Of a stretch of DNA of 64,000 bases, positions 24,489 through 38,400 are shown piece by piece. Source of the stretch: Guillardia theta CCMP2712 (Eukaryota > Protista > Cryptophyta); contig NW_005434620.1 of NCBI RefSeq assembly GCF_000315625.1, forward strand, positions 360,104-424,103, in the 5' to 3' direction. Positions within the stretch are counted from its first letter, which is position 1, and each line of letters starts with the position of its first letter. The notes beneath the pieces are model-generated. The model had not been told where the DNA came from. It saw only the letters and a list, made by a program, of their open reading frames with translations, and did no database searches. Both the position numbers and the translations under genes were made by a program.

Positions 24489-24514
24489 CAACAGAGGGGA
24501 TAAAGTTGCTGACT

Positions 24515-26227
24515 TCATTCATGTTCGAGTTTCTCCTCACCGCAGCCTCTATGATACCGACTTTTGACTGTGCTAACTGCCACTCCGCAAGCTCTGTCCG
24601 ACCACCAGGGCCCCTGCCAGGAGAAGTCACTACCAAGGCAGGACGATAGCAAGAGATTTACCGTCATCACCGGATGAGACGAACCTCGTTCCACTCGGAT
24701 TGTAGTCCACCGCCCAAACCTGATGAAGGCAGAGGAGATTATTACGCAGCCCCCACAGCCCCCTCTCCTGCTGCCTTCCCCCTGCCGCCAACCTTCCTCG
24801 AACTCCTCCCTGGTCCGCTTCCGCCCTTCACCTGGTCGGTGTGTTCTTCGACAATTTGACTCAGCTGCCGTTGAGCAAGATCCCAAACTCGAACTTTCTT
24901 GTCACTCCCGCCGCTGATGCACTCTGGCCTGCATTCCGACTGCTCAACACCAAGAGCTCCCCGTCACCTCTGCTCATCTCCCACCTCGAAGGGTTGTGAG
25001 CAACCGACAACACCCATGAATCATGCCCAGGCAGCATCGCTGCGTTCCTGTACGTTCAACCTTCAGCCTTGGCCACTCACAATAGCTAAACTGTCGAGTT
25101 GTCTTACGTCTTTGCAGAAACGTCATGAATCATGATTGATTTGTCTTGGCTTCCCGTCAAAACGGTCTGAGAATCTAGCAAACGATCACGTTGGAAGCCA
25201 TGCTTGCTCCACTGAAGCACCTGGGCTCCATGCAATCGACCTGACGGCACTGCTGTGCGCTTCCAGTTTCCGGATCAAGTTGCCGTTCTCTGCATGTCAA
25301 AACCATGAGACTCGCAAGTTTTCTGCTCATCCGATTGACCTGTGTCGAACAAGCTCACAACTCCATCATTGGATCCAGCAGCGATCATCCTAGGTATTTA
25401 CGTGAACCCTCAATATTTCCAACCGAAAACATGTCAGGACCTGCCACAAGGACTGTAGGCTGTAGCCAGGATGAATCGTCCATCCGACTTGATGGTAGCC
25501 TACCAGGAACGAGGTTCAACGACTGTATGGGTGGTGGAAAGGAACCTCAGGCTTGTCTTCCTTGGAGTGAGTCTGATACACATTTATCTTCCCCGTCTGA
25601 GTTCCAGACGCTAACATCTCCCCCTACGAGACCAGTCATGCACGCGAGGTCTTGATAGGGTGTCCATACCGATGGGTGGAAGCAGACAGTCCATGTTTCA
25701 ACAAGTCCAGGATCTATACTCCTCTGTACAGCTCTTTCCTCTGTGTTGCTGCTGTTACCATGAAGACACAAAGGTGTCAGGGCAAGTACCCAAATTCCAT
25801 ATTCTTATCCTCCCATCTAACGAGCTAACAGCGCACAGCTTGCCGTCCCTGCAAGCCAGGTTTGAGTACACAGAAGGGACCGGTGGAGTGATGCAGGCTG
25901 AAGCTTACTTCGTGGCTGACACAGAGACGACGCCAAGGAAATGACCAGGAAAGGTCGAGATGGGCTGAACTTCTATCTGCTGCATCTTTTCGCCGGAGTC
26001 TGAAGCCATTTTCCATACCTTGACAACACCATCATTGCTACCAACCACTCGACACTCCATCTTACCTTGACTGTCTCATCGATTGATCCGGAAATCAGCC
26101 TATCGTCCTGTGGCCATGAAAGTGCCCATATGCTATCCTCATGTAGCGCATTCTTTTTCTGAGTCTTGTAACTGGTCAAAGTACCCCGTCAGCGAAGGAT
26201 CCGATACCGATCTAAATCCCTCCCCAT
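24515..26227 (-). CDS. WDR61: WD40 repeat protein, WDR61/SKI8-like (multi-exon)
   Basis: HEDSIWALSW...LISGSIDETVK, GHFLGVVSV, PGLVETWTVCFHP, LEAHSSAVRSIAWSP, VRVWDL...EEHTDQV, NPSGTRFVSSGDD follow the WDR61/Ski8 repeat order. 3' end approximate. Confidence 0.72.
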
Positions 26228-26605
26228 GACCATTTCAAAGAACCATGATGGGGACAAGTGAACAGGAAACGAAACTAGTTAGAAGGAGGACGATGGGCGA
26301 AGTAAGATGGGCGAAGGAAACTTCGAGAATTTGGAGGGCGAGGGCGAGGGCGGGGACGAGGAACCATCTGGTCATGACCGAAACGATGGAGCGGCCATAT
26401 GATGAAGGAGGGGGAGAGGAAGTACAGGTGCTGAGGAGAGGCAGAGGAGGAGCAAGGGGAAGGAAGGGTCATGCTGTACAGTAGATCCCAGCACCTCTCA
26501 CTCCTTCCCGTCTCCCTCTTACCTCTGCATGCCGCCCCTGTCGCCCGCCGCCAACGGAGCCCACATCCCCCTTCAGACCGACCTCGAAAAACCTCCTCTG
26601 CAAAC

Positions 26606-27811
26606 ATGGCGGCGCTACCATCGCCGCCACAAGTGGCTGGGCAGCAGGCACCGCAGGAAGCTGCTCATGAGGTAGCGCACGATGCTGAAAGGGCGCATCC
26701 GAGCTCCTTCTCGTTGGAGTCAGCGCACGAGTATGCAGGACAAGCTGTGCCCCCGCTCAATGGTGGCGAGGGGGTCCTGTCTGATGGCCAAGCGGAAGAT
26801 GCGAAGGTGGATGGCGATGGGACGAGGGTGAAGTCGAAGAGCTGGAACACGTCGGCAGACATCCGACTGATGCACTCTGCGAACGAGCCGACGGCAAGGG
26901 CTATCTTCAAGGGTTTTTTAGAAAATGAGGATAAGATCGACTCTCCAGCGAGGGGTCCTTTGAACGAGCAATTTTGGGTGACTGTGGCCGGCATTTTCAA
27001 TGACCCAGGATATGCACCCAGCAACAAGTACCCTCAAGATCGAATTGTATCCTCCCTTCGTCCTGACATGATTCCTGATCCTCGGGACGCTACCTATCTT
27101 CGAGCTCAGTTCAGAAAACTTTGCTCTGCGTATCTATCAGCAAGAGAGTGGTACGAGAGGGACGCTAGAGGTGACGCGCACTTCTATGAATATTGCCATA
27201 GTGGAAATCAGAGCAAAAAAGACAGCAAGACCGGTCAAACGCGGAATAATCGGGTGATTTATTACTTTCACCTGCTGTACAAAGACGACCCAAATTTCCA
27301 ATCGATCGCACGTGTGTACCAAAACAGCGCTAGGAGGTCCGGAGCTTCCGAAAAGAATGGATCTATCAGCGACAATGCTGAGTCAGGTCATAACGCGGGC
27401 ATACAGAGCCATTCTTCCGGAGGACGAGGACTGATGCCCGTTTCGTCGACGATATCATGCGCTCCAGCTGACTTCGCGACAGAGGGGAGGATGCAGAGGC
27501 TTTCTAGCATGCACGCGCAAGACATGAACGTGAAGTGTGCCAAATCGATGGAGGAGGCGCTAGGCGTCCTCAGAGAGTTGGTGGCTGAGCGTCAGTCCAA
27601 GAAACGGCTGAGAGAGTCCCGCGAAAGCATCCGAAAGTCGTCGGAAATAACAGATGCAGTCACAAGGTTGCAGATGCAATTGCGTGAGCTGCGGCAGGAC
27701 TTGGCGGTGGAGAATTTGGAAACGGAAGAGCGAAAGATATTGGAGAAACAAAAGCAGCTTGCTTTGAGTCAAATCCAAAAGCTCCAGCTTGAACTGGAAT
27801 CAACAACATGA
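26606..27811 (+). CDS. Intronless hypothetical protein with a possible Myb/SANT-like DNA-binding region and C-terminal coiled coil
   Basis: Uninterrupted ~400-codon ORF. W...DIRLM...FWVTVAGIFN...LRAQFRKLCSAY resembles a trihelix/Myb-SANT-like pattern; the C-terminus is heptad-rich. Confidence 0.65.
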   Translation: MAALPSPPQVAGQQAPQEAAHEVAHDAERAHPSSFSLESAHEYAGQAVPPLNGGEGVLSDGQAEDAKVDGDGTRVKSKSWNTSADIRLMHSANEPTARAIFKGFLENEDKIDSPARGPLNEQFWVTVAGIFNDPGYAPSNKYPQDRIVSSLRPDMIPDPRDATYLRAQFRKLCSAYLSAREWYERDARGDAHFYEYCHSGNQSKKDSKTGQTRNNRVIYYFHLLYKDDPNFQSIARVYQNSARRSGASEKNGSISDNAESGHNAGIQSHSSGGRGLMPVSSTISCAPADFATEGRMQRLSSMHAQDMNVKCAKSMEEALGVLRELVAERQSKKRLRESRESIRKSSEITDAVTRLQMQLRELRQDLAVENLETEERKILEKQKQLALSQIQKLQLELESTT

Positions 27812-29457
27812 TAGTGATAGTACTCGAGGCACGGCAGGCCAGAGAGATTGGAAGTACGGTAAACTGAGGCGAGAAGAGGGAATGGCAACGGTAATTGAAT
27901 GAATTGAGAACACTGTTAGCTGGTGGTAGTACATGTGAATGGCATTAGCTTGACGGTCGACACAGTGAGTCAGAAGTTGCTATCTGAACAGTGGGCGCTC
28001 ACTGTCATGGAGAATCCGATTGAATCGAACCGGGATTCCGACTCCGCGGGTGAGTTCAGCCGCCGCCGCCGGCCCGCCGCGGCGCTTGTGACGGCGAATC
28101 GGACTGTCGGAGGGCCGATCACCAGGCTGGCACTGAGTGCCTATGATAAGCCGCTGAAGTCATTCCGAACTTGCGTGCAGCGGCTCCGCGGCCACGAGGC
28201 TCACGGTACGCTGGTACGCCGTACCGGCGGTACGGTATGGTAAGCGCAAGGACCTCTTAGTCCTTCGAGTTGTGGCCGCGCCCCAACCTCCCCCGGGCGG
28301 CCGCTGGCCTGACCTACGGTACTTAGTACTCCGAGGCTGGCGGCACTGGGCTCCTAAGTTTATCTAAACCGCAGTGGTCTCACTGTCAGCCTCTGTCAGT
28401 GTTGCAGCGGCTGAGGTGCCCGGCCCCCCGGGCGGCCCGGGTGACGACTCACGCTTTGCACCACACTAAAGAAGTCTCGACGTCTTACGTCTCATGACCC
28501 GGATGATCGCAACTTAATGGTCACGGCCGCGGTGAACGGACTGTACTCTCAGCCGGGCTACTAGAATACTCCGGGGCCTGTAGTACCGTACGACGGTATC
28601 ATATACGGTACGGTACCATGCGGGCCTACGGTACCATGAGAAGGCCCGTGAGGTGTGAACCAAGTCAGATTCCAATTCCGCAGATCACACGGCCGTCACG
28701 GTCATTCCGAATTACCCAGTTTAGCTCAAGGCTGACATAGGTAACTAAACGTCCTATCACCCCGGTCAAAGTTCACAAACAGAAAAAATTTCGTCCACCC
28801 CCCCACCCCGTCCCTATCTTGAAGGCTTGACAGGACAGATAGGTACTTGGAGGGGGTACAGTAGCTGGAATCAAAGGGGTGATGGGTGGTTCCATTGCCC
28901 AGAGGTTTTGAAGGCTAGATAAGAGGGGACGTGGCCCTTCCTGTGAGAGTGGTAGGGTGGTGTGTACGAATGGTGGGGTACTGCATATCTACTCCGAGTA
29001 GTGGGGGTGGGGTATAACTGCGGAAAACTTCGTGGTGGAAATAGAATATTTAAAAAATGACTTTTATCTGTGGCCCAAACTATTCATAAAAAGTTTTTAA
29101 AATCACTCAACTTCGGTCGTTCCTCTAATACATATTTTTATACTCCGTCTTAAAAACCTTTTAGAACATGTCTTTCGGAATCGGAATGGGAGGGCGCAAT
29201 CGGCTGCAGGGTGGGTCCTGGCGGGTAGGTGGTGGTCACGGGTGGGGGTAAGGGGTACGGTGGTACAGAAAGTCGGGGTTGGGGGGTCTTGTGGTCAGTA
29301 TGGGAAACAAAGAAACCCAGTTGTTTCACCCTACCCCCAAAATACCTGGGTTTGACACGGGTTATCACAGGTACCGTTCGAAGTTTTGACGGTGACGGTG
29401 GCGATGGTGGGAGCAAGGGGACATAGGGGACGACGAAGGAGAGGAACAGGAGGGTCG

Positions 29458-32400
29458 ATGCTTGCTCGTACCACTGCTCCTCAACCTGGATACTCTACCT
29501 TGCTCCTGCTCATCTCTCTAGATCTACTTCAGACATCCTTCTCATATCATTGCACCAAACCGTCAACCAATCAGGCCAATTCAATCAGAGTCTGCGGTCT
29601 TCAGGCAGACGTGACGTCGGATGGCCAAACCATAAGCTACTATACAACCAATTCAGATGGATCGGAGCGACGAGATGCGATATTCAAGATTATACCGAAT
29701 TATTTGAGAGAGATTGACATGGCAGAAAGGACAGTAGGGACGCAAGGCAGCGCCAAGATTAAGCATTCTGTCCAACAATTCTCCTCGCAAGACTATTCAT
29801 GGCAAGCTTATCCAGCTACTTCAGCTACATCTCTGTACAAGTCAAACGAAACAGGCTGGCCTGAACAGAAGGATCCCAGTCTCAAGGTCATGCGTCATAC
29901 GTTGTTTTCAGGACAGATCGATGGATCGACTATCGTGAACAAATACCAGATTGATGTCTTCACGTTCATGAACAACGGGACATGGGTAGACTTGACCACA
30001 AAGCAGCAAATGACTGTATACTGTGGCAATATTGCCATTGTGCAAAGTATCGAGAACTGGAATTTCTGCGGGAGGTCAACCCAGGCGCAAGCTGCTTGTG
30101 AATCAGGTGCTCAGGGCTCGGCGTTAGACCTGGGTATCAAGCTTGCTGGCGGGAACTCATGGACATCTCACAACATCTCGGGGAAGCAGGGTTTGCAATA
30201 CAGGTAGGGGAAGGATGCTTGCTCTGATCCGTCTCTGACTTGATCCACAAGTTTCAAGACTAGTGTTGGGACTAAGAACATCATGAAACCCGGGACGAGG
30301 TTTGCCGCATCGCAAGATGGCAGTATTATGGTACTCTCAGTATGTCGAATAGCTCATCACGATTCTGATTTCTCCCTGTAGGTGATCAGAATTACAATCT
30401 CATGGATTCGCTAAATTCTTACTGCAAAAAATATTACAAGCCTGATTTGAGTAGTTACAAGCAAGACTCATACTTGCAATACTGCCGTTACCAAGATTGT
30501 GATCAACGTTCGTCAAACAAGTGCAAATACACTGATCAGAATGGCTTCTGTTATTCAGGTGATCTTCTTTTGGGAGAGTTGGCTCCAATTCATTCTAACG
30601 GCTTTCTTTCACATTCAGATGAAGCACAGGCATATTGCGAGCAAGCGAAGACTGATCCCAGGTGTTTCACGAACGCCTTCACTTTGTATGGTTTATGCAC
30701 GGGTTATTACAATCCAGGTATTTCTATCTGCATACTTTTCTGTTTTTCCCTTGATGTTTGCAATTTTTAGTTCCTGCCGAGAGCCGGCCGCCCCCGAACA
30801 CGAATGTTGGTTGGGCAAGAAACCAGCTAGCGGTTTTCATGAGCTTCTCTCAAGACTGCTCTTGATCTGAATATCGCCTTTTACAGACATGGGCCGAATA
30901 TCCCAGCGACCAGAATCCAGGTACATCCTGTCCTAGTTTGAGGTGCTTTGTTGTTGATGATTCCCCAAGGTTCTTTCTGTGGTCTAGACCAGGGCGGATC
31001 CACCTACACCTCAAGCACGCAAGACTCCACTGCAGGCGCTTCATCAGTCTCATCCTCAAACCTGCAATGCTCGATAATCTCAGAAAGACTCCAGTGCAAG
31101 GCCCAGACATCCTGTACTTGGCAGACGGCGTGTGCTTGCATACCTTCGAAATGTTTGTGTGGAGACGACTGCTGCATTTCTGGTCGGTGTGACGACCAGT
31201 ACAAGCTTGGGTGTGGAGCTATCGGTGATAGGACCACATGCAAGAGCACGACGGGCTGCAGCTGGCAGACTGCGTGCGGTTGTATTCCAAACTTGTGCCT
31301 CTGCGGAGATGACTGCTGCATCTTTGGAATCTGTCAGAGTGGTACACTGGCCACTTGTACTGAGCTCCCCACGTCGACGACCTGCTCTAAAGGCACGAAT
31401 TGCAAGTATGAGAAGAGTTGCGGATGTATCCCTGCGGAATGCACATGCGGAGACAACTGCTGCATTTATAAGAACTGCACCCAACCGACTGCGAAGACTC
31501 AAAGCTGCCTCAAATTTGAAGTCACGTGAGTGAATGTTGATGCTGCTTCTGAGATGTCGCAGCGGATGTTGTGACTTTGACCGCTGAATGATGATCAGCA
31601 ATGTGTTCAATGCAGCAAGTACTCGTTCATTGATGATGGATTTTGTGTTGCTTTAGGTTCAATGAGAAGGACGAGGGTCAGACGATGAACCTCAGGCTGC
31701 CCTACAACAATCATGTCGACTCTTACGCGTTTTCTTCTCTCCTTTGGGTGGGAGGAAATGGAGATATGGATGCAGACGGCATTGTCGACGCATTGGAAGG
31801 CAGCGACGACGCTGATGCTGATGGGTACAATTCTGCCATTCCTTGTAAAAAAATTCGTGTTTACTCTTTTCGTATAGGGTTCCCAATTTCATGGACGAAG
31901 ATTCAGACGGTGATTGAACTCCGTTTGTTCTTCCCTTCCCATCTCGCCCTTCAACCATTGTGTTCCTCCTTCCCCGCCCCCCCCCCTCCATCTCGCCCAT
32001 CAACTGTACCTTGTCTTGGTTCTTCTCTTGGCACTCTAGTCTTTGCGCTCCTCTGGTAGAGTTTACAGCCTTTCTGACCCAAGTCATCGCCCAGGGGATG
32101 GACTCAGAGACTCCACTGAGGGTGTGGGAGACGTTGACAACGATCAGATCCCCAACTTCCTCGACAACGACAGTGACGGTAGGTAACGTTACAAGATGTC
32201 GTTGGATGAGGCTCGGTTGCAGGCGACGGCATCTCCGATTACGAGGAAGGAGCAGCGACGTGCTATGGAGATGTGATTGACTTTGACCATGATGGAGTGC
32301 CGGATTACCTCGACGAAGACAGCGACAACGATGGGATCTCTGACAAGAAGGAGAGTCAAAACGTCCCCCGCGATCCTGACGGCGATGGGATGCCGAATTG

Positions 32401-35400
32401 GAGGTACTCGAGCTCGAGGACGAGGATGGTTGTCCAGTGATGCTCATGATCTTGTAGAGATCTCGACTCGGACAACGACAATCTTCTTGATTCGTATGAG
32501 GGGATCGGAGATCCCGACGGTGACGGTATTCCAAACTTCCTCGACAAGGACAGTGATGGTGAAACCCATCTCTTCCCTCCATGCTCGTGCGTTGACTCGC
32601 CGCTACTTGTTGTAGGCGATTCGATCCCTGACATCGTTGAGGGATCGGGTGACGTGGACAAAGACGGGATCCCCAACTTCCTGGACCTTGACAGTGACAG
32701 TAAGGATGCCCTTGAAGTCATCACCCGACTTTCTGACCCTCTGACCTCAGACGACATGATACCCGACGTGGAAGAAGGCACATCAGACATGGACAAGGAC
32801 GGCATACCCAACTACCTTGACATGGACAGCGACGGGGACGGGATCCTGGACTCTATCGAGACTAACAAGACAGGGGCCAACGGGGCCCCTAGGTACCTCA
32901 ACTTGGACTCAGACGGGGACACGCTGCCGGATAGCAAGGAAGGGCTTCAGGATCCGGATGGAGATGGCATCCCTAACTGCTACGATCTTGACAGCGACGG
33001 TGAAGCATCGTCGGGCCGTGCCCGCTAACTTGTTCCTTCTGACGGCTCTGCTGGGCAGGCGACGAACTCCTGGACGAGTACGAGTACAACATCACCATCG
33101 TGCTGAGGAATGCCAGCTTGCAGGATGAGGACAGAGATGGGCTGCCCAACTGGGTAGACACGGATTCCGACGGAGACGGCGTCCCTGATGCGATCGAAAA
33201 AGCTCACCATATAAACAGTGAAGGTGTACCCGCTTTCCTCGACCCTCTCTATCCCAACCAAGAGAACACAATCTGCGTTTCGAGGTGCCCCGCGCCTCTC
33301 CCCAACAGGTCCAACGGAGCCGATCTCGATTCTGACAACGGTGAGTGGAGGACGTGACTTGTTGTCTTGCATGCTACCATGCTCTCACGTTTCCTCACCC
33401 TGTTGATGGTGCACCCTTGCTCAATCTTCTCCCCCATCCTCTCCATTGCTTTCCTCCTCGTCTGCATGCTTGATAGGATCATCTTCCGCTGAGCTGAACT
33501 GCTTGTAGATGGTCTACCGGACGAAGTTGAAGGAACCGTTGACACAGACGGCGACGGCCTTAGAGACTATGAGGATCCTGACTCAGACAATGGTGACGCT
33601 GACCGCTTTCATCCTTTTCTCTCTCTTTTCTCGTGTCTTCTTCCCTCCTTATTTCCCTGCCTCATCCCTTTCCCCTCGAAGCCCATCGCGTCTTTCCATC
33701 CTCATCCACATACTTGGCCTCAGGCCTCCTTTCTTCATTCTCCTTCGCTCACTCGATGCCATCAGATGGCATTCTGGACTGGGACGAGGCAGGAAAGGAG
33801 TACCAACAGACCAAGGTATGCTGCCATGACACAGACGGCAACGGCATACCCGACTTTCGCGATCTGGACTCTGACGGTGAGCACGAGGCTTGACGGTCCG
33901 CCTGGCTGATGAAGTTGACAAGGGGATGGGATCGGCGACGATGTAGAGGGTGCTGAGGATACGGATGGGGATGGGATACCCAACTACCGCGACCTAGACT
34001 CTGACAACGTGAGTGCTTCTGCAGCAAGTGATGATGTACTGACTTCTCCTCTCCTCCTCTCAGGATGGAACTCCTGACATCGACGAGAGCGAGTCGGAGG
34101 ACAAGAACCGCAACCAAATCATCGACTTCCTCGACCCTGAGGTCACCTGCTCTAGACACTACACGCATCAGATCTGGAAAAATGCTTCTCGCGCCACCGA
34201 CGTGCAGCAAGTGAGCTGCAGCGACTCTGTTGCCAACGGAGGGATCTTGTGCGAGAAAGGAGAAGACTCCTGTACCAAATCGATCGATCGCTTTCACGGC
34301 AAGGTCGGACAGATCTACACTGTCCTCTGCCCTGCCACTTGCTCCTACCAGGCTGTGTATGGGCCCGCAAGTCTCGACGGAGGGAAGCCTTGCTCTTTCT
34401 CCTCCGGCGCTCAAGTCGCTTTCCTCGATGCCTCCTCCATCTGTGGAGCTGGGCTCGCGATGGGAGTACTACGGTATGGTGTGACTGGTGTGTTCTCTTT
34501 CCAGCTCGTCGAGCCGGTGGAATCATATCCAGCATGCAAGAACATGCCCGTACAGTCGCCTGCTCCTCCCTACTCCGCGGAGACTCTAAGCTTCAGCTGG
34601 CCGCAATGGAACTTGTCAAACTCTCCCTCCATGATCAGCTCTTACGGCAGCGCTGCTAGCTGCTGCAACTACTCCACATCCACTGCCAACACGACGGCAA
34701 CGCCGGACGGAGGCGGATGCTGCGCAATCCAACGGTTCCGTCAGCGATGGGTGGGATCGGCATGGGTGGGAGTCAGAGCCTTTCAGATCCTCCCGGACAC
34801 CTACGTGGGAGGGTGCGGGGCACATGCCACAGAGAAGCTCTGCCGGGCAGATGCCGGCTGCGACTACAAGTCGACCTGCGGATGCTTCACGAAGGGTTGC
34901 GGATGCAACAACGAGCTGTGCTGTGTGAAAGGGAGGAACGACACGCAGGGGGAGGTGCCGCTCTGTGTAGATCGGTGCAGCCCCCTTGACATCGTCCCCA
35001 AGAACGTCACCACCTGGCCGATCAACCTGACTACCTCACTCGGCCCCTCGGCTGCCCCAGCTGCCTTCCTGGTCAACCTCAGCACGAGGCCAGCTGACAC
35101 GGTCTTTGTCAGGGTCTCGAGCGAGCAGTGCCAACTCAACGTGACGGAGGGCAGCGATTTGATCTTCACTCAGAACAACTGGAGCGATGCCAAGGAGGTC
35201 CTGGTGAACGGGCGAGCATGTACTGGAGGGTCCGAAGACTCTGAGACACACAGGACATACGAGGTCTCGCTGTCGGTAACCAGCTCGGACGAAGAGTACC
35301 ACCTTATCCCGGTGCCGGGTGTTCCCATCACCATCCTTTCCACTGCATGTCCTCCCCTAAAGATCCCGCAAGGTGTCGTCGTCGTGTCCTCCAGCGGCAG

Positions 35401-38400
35401 CACCGGCGGCGGCGTGCCGGATCCCAGCTTCATCCTCATTCTGAACTACTACTGCCGCCGCTACTACCAGGAGGAAGACAACGTCGACCAAGCCGAGCAC
35501 TACTTGAGCAAGTGCAAGGCACAGGACTGCGATCAGAGGATGGAGAAGATAGGGTGTCCGTACACAGACCAGAACGGCTTCTGCTATGCCGAGTCAGGAA
35601 TCGCCTACTGCTCATCCCATCCCACCGACCCTCGCTGCTATGTGGGCGTTAAGTCCCTCTATGGACAGTGCGCAAACCTCGTCTACTACCTGCAAGGCAA
35701 CAGCTCTGCCGAACAGACAACTTCCAAGACCTGCCCCAACCAGGCAGGAGCAACGTGTGAGCTCAAGTGCGAGGAAGGGAAGGTCCCCCAGGACACGGTT
35801 AAGCTGCAATGTAACGCTGCCACAAGGCAGTGGGAGGGGAAGATGCCCTCCTGCTCATGCTCCTCGGGATACTACACCTCTGCCTCGTCCTGCGTCCCCT
35901 GCTCCACGTACAGCTGCTCCACTGGCTACTACAGGTCAGCCTGCAGCCAGGACAAGGACTCTGTGTGTGTCCCCTGTACAAAGAAGCCAGAAAACGCAGA
36001 ATTTTCACGCACTACGGATCAGCTCAAGGATGATTCCTGCCCATGGTCGTGCTCGACCGGCTACTGGCGATCAGGAGATGTCTGCAAGACATGCTCTCGC
36101 TTCGTGTGCCCCATCGGGCAATACAGAGGCGCCTGCACCTCAACTGCCGATGCATCTTGCGTGCCATGCACAGATAGCAAACCGGCGCATGCTGTCTGGT
36201 CGAGTGCAGGATCGCCCTTCGACAAGGACAACTGTCAGTGGACGTGCGATACTGGGTTCTTCCTCGATTCCTCCAACAAGCTCTGCGTCACCGACATTCT
36301 GCACTCTCTCGTAGTGGATGTGCCTGACACAGACATATCCGAGGCAGGGAAGACGACGACGATCAAGGTCAAGCTCTCAAGACCTCCAACCTCAACTGTA
36401 ACAGTGAAGTTTGCTGACAACTCTCATGTCCGAGCCTCGTTGAACAGCTTTGACTTCGACAGCAGCAACTGGAATACTTCCATCACCATCGTCGTTTCCG
36501 CGGTTGACGATTCCATCCGTCAGGGTCCACATAGCAGCTCCATCATCATCACAACCTCAAGCGATGACTCTGACTGGGACTTCAGTAACCCTCGAACTGT
36601 TTCGTTCAACATCGCAGACAACGATTGTTCCAGCCTACGACTCTCGCAGTTTGCTAAATTGTTGGATTGTCAGACCACGTACGGGCTCAACTGCTCCATC
36701 ACGTGCAAGCAAGGGTACGAGCCCTCCAACATCACAACCTTGAGCTGCACCCCGACAGACTGGGATCGACTCCCTCCCTCATGCTCTCAGTGCTCTTCCA
36801 ACTACTTCCAGGGAGCTGGCAAGGAGTGTCTCCGATGCTCTGAAGGTCCGTGCGCAATCGGGTACTACAGGGGCCCATGCCAGGACCAGGCGGACGCGGA
36901 TTGCCGCCCATGTACCAACCCGCTTCCTCTCAACAGCCGCTACATCAGCAGCGGCTCTCCCCCGTCGGAGAACAACTGCCAGTGGGCTTGCAACCAAGGG
37001 TACGACCAGCACAACACCTCCTGCGTCCTGATGCCTCAGCCTCGTCTCGATGTCATCACGAAGAATATCAGCACCTCGGAGCAGGTCGGCAGCAATCCAG
37101 CCTGGTTCCAGCTGCGCCTGTCCAGGGCACCGACGAGCGACGTGACAGTGCGGGTGCAAGTGGACAGCCACCTCACGAATGTTGGGAGCGCCGTCTACAC
37201 CTTCACATCTGCCAATTACCTCAACTACCAGGACCTCTTCCTGTACGCTGTTGACGACCACATCTATCAGGGCCTCCATAGCGGCACCTTCTACCTCTCC
37301 ATCGTCACAGACGACATCCTGTACAAGTCCATCGGGCCGTTGAACTTCTCAGTGGACATCATCGACAACGATTGCCGCGAGCTCACTGCCCCGCTGCGAG
37401 GAAAGATCGTCTCCTGCAACAACTCCTTTCAGGGCTCCTGCGTCTTCGAGTGCGACGAGGGATACGCTCCCATCGGTCAGATCCAGCTCACCTGCCTGCC
37501 CGACCTGGCCCGTTGGTCCCAGCTCCCTCCCACCTGCTCCTCTTGCGCTCCGGAGTACTTCCTCAATGGAGGGGCATGCAATCCTTGCAACCAGTCGGCT
37601 TGTCCTCCCGGCACGTACAGAAGCGCGTGCGGCGCCATGGAAGACAGCTACTGCCAAGTGTGCACGCAGAAGCCCAACAGCTCTAGATTCGTTTCCGCGG
37701 CCAACCCGATCAACGCAGACAACTGCGGCTGGGGATGTAACCCCGGTTACTACCAGTCGGGCAAGACGTGCAGCCCCTGCTCGACTAGCACGTGCCCAGC
37801 TGGGCAATACCGGACTGGGTGTAAGCAGGTGGGCTCTTTGAAAGATTCCACCTGTGTGCCCTGCACGAACCAGATCCCAACCAACAGCAACTACTCGAGC
37901 CCCGGGCAGCCGTTTGACAGCAACAACTGCGGTTGGACCTGCAACAAGGGATACTACAAGAACTCCAGCGACCTCTGCACCCCTGACGTCATCCCTGCTG
38001 TGGTGGTGGACAGGAGCAACATCCCGACTCTGAGCGAGGCCTCAGACAAGGTGTCTGCCTCTATTCCCGTCAAGCTCTCCAAGGCGCCTTCTGCTGACGT
38101 CACCATCACCCTGACCTCCTCTGATGCTCTCATCCTCTCCTCTCCGACAGTGTTGACCTTCACGTCGACAAACTGGAACGTAGAGCAGATGGTCGTGGTA
38201 CTGCCTTACAACGACCAGATCAAGCAGGGGACACACAGTGGGAATGTCTCGTTCTCCGTCGCTTCTACAGACTCTGGCTACAACCAGATCTCTGTGGACC
38301 AGCTGACGGTCAGCGTCCTGGATAACGACTGCCAACCTCTGAAGGCTCCTCCCAACTCTTCCTTGGTTGTGTGCAACAGCTATTATGGGGGCGAGTGTAC

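Noticed and set aside
23374-24518. Long minus-strand ORFs
   Set aside because: Artefacts of reading through the N gap.
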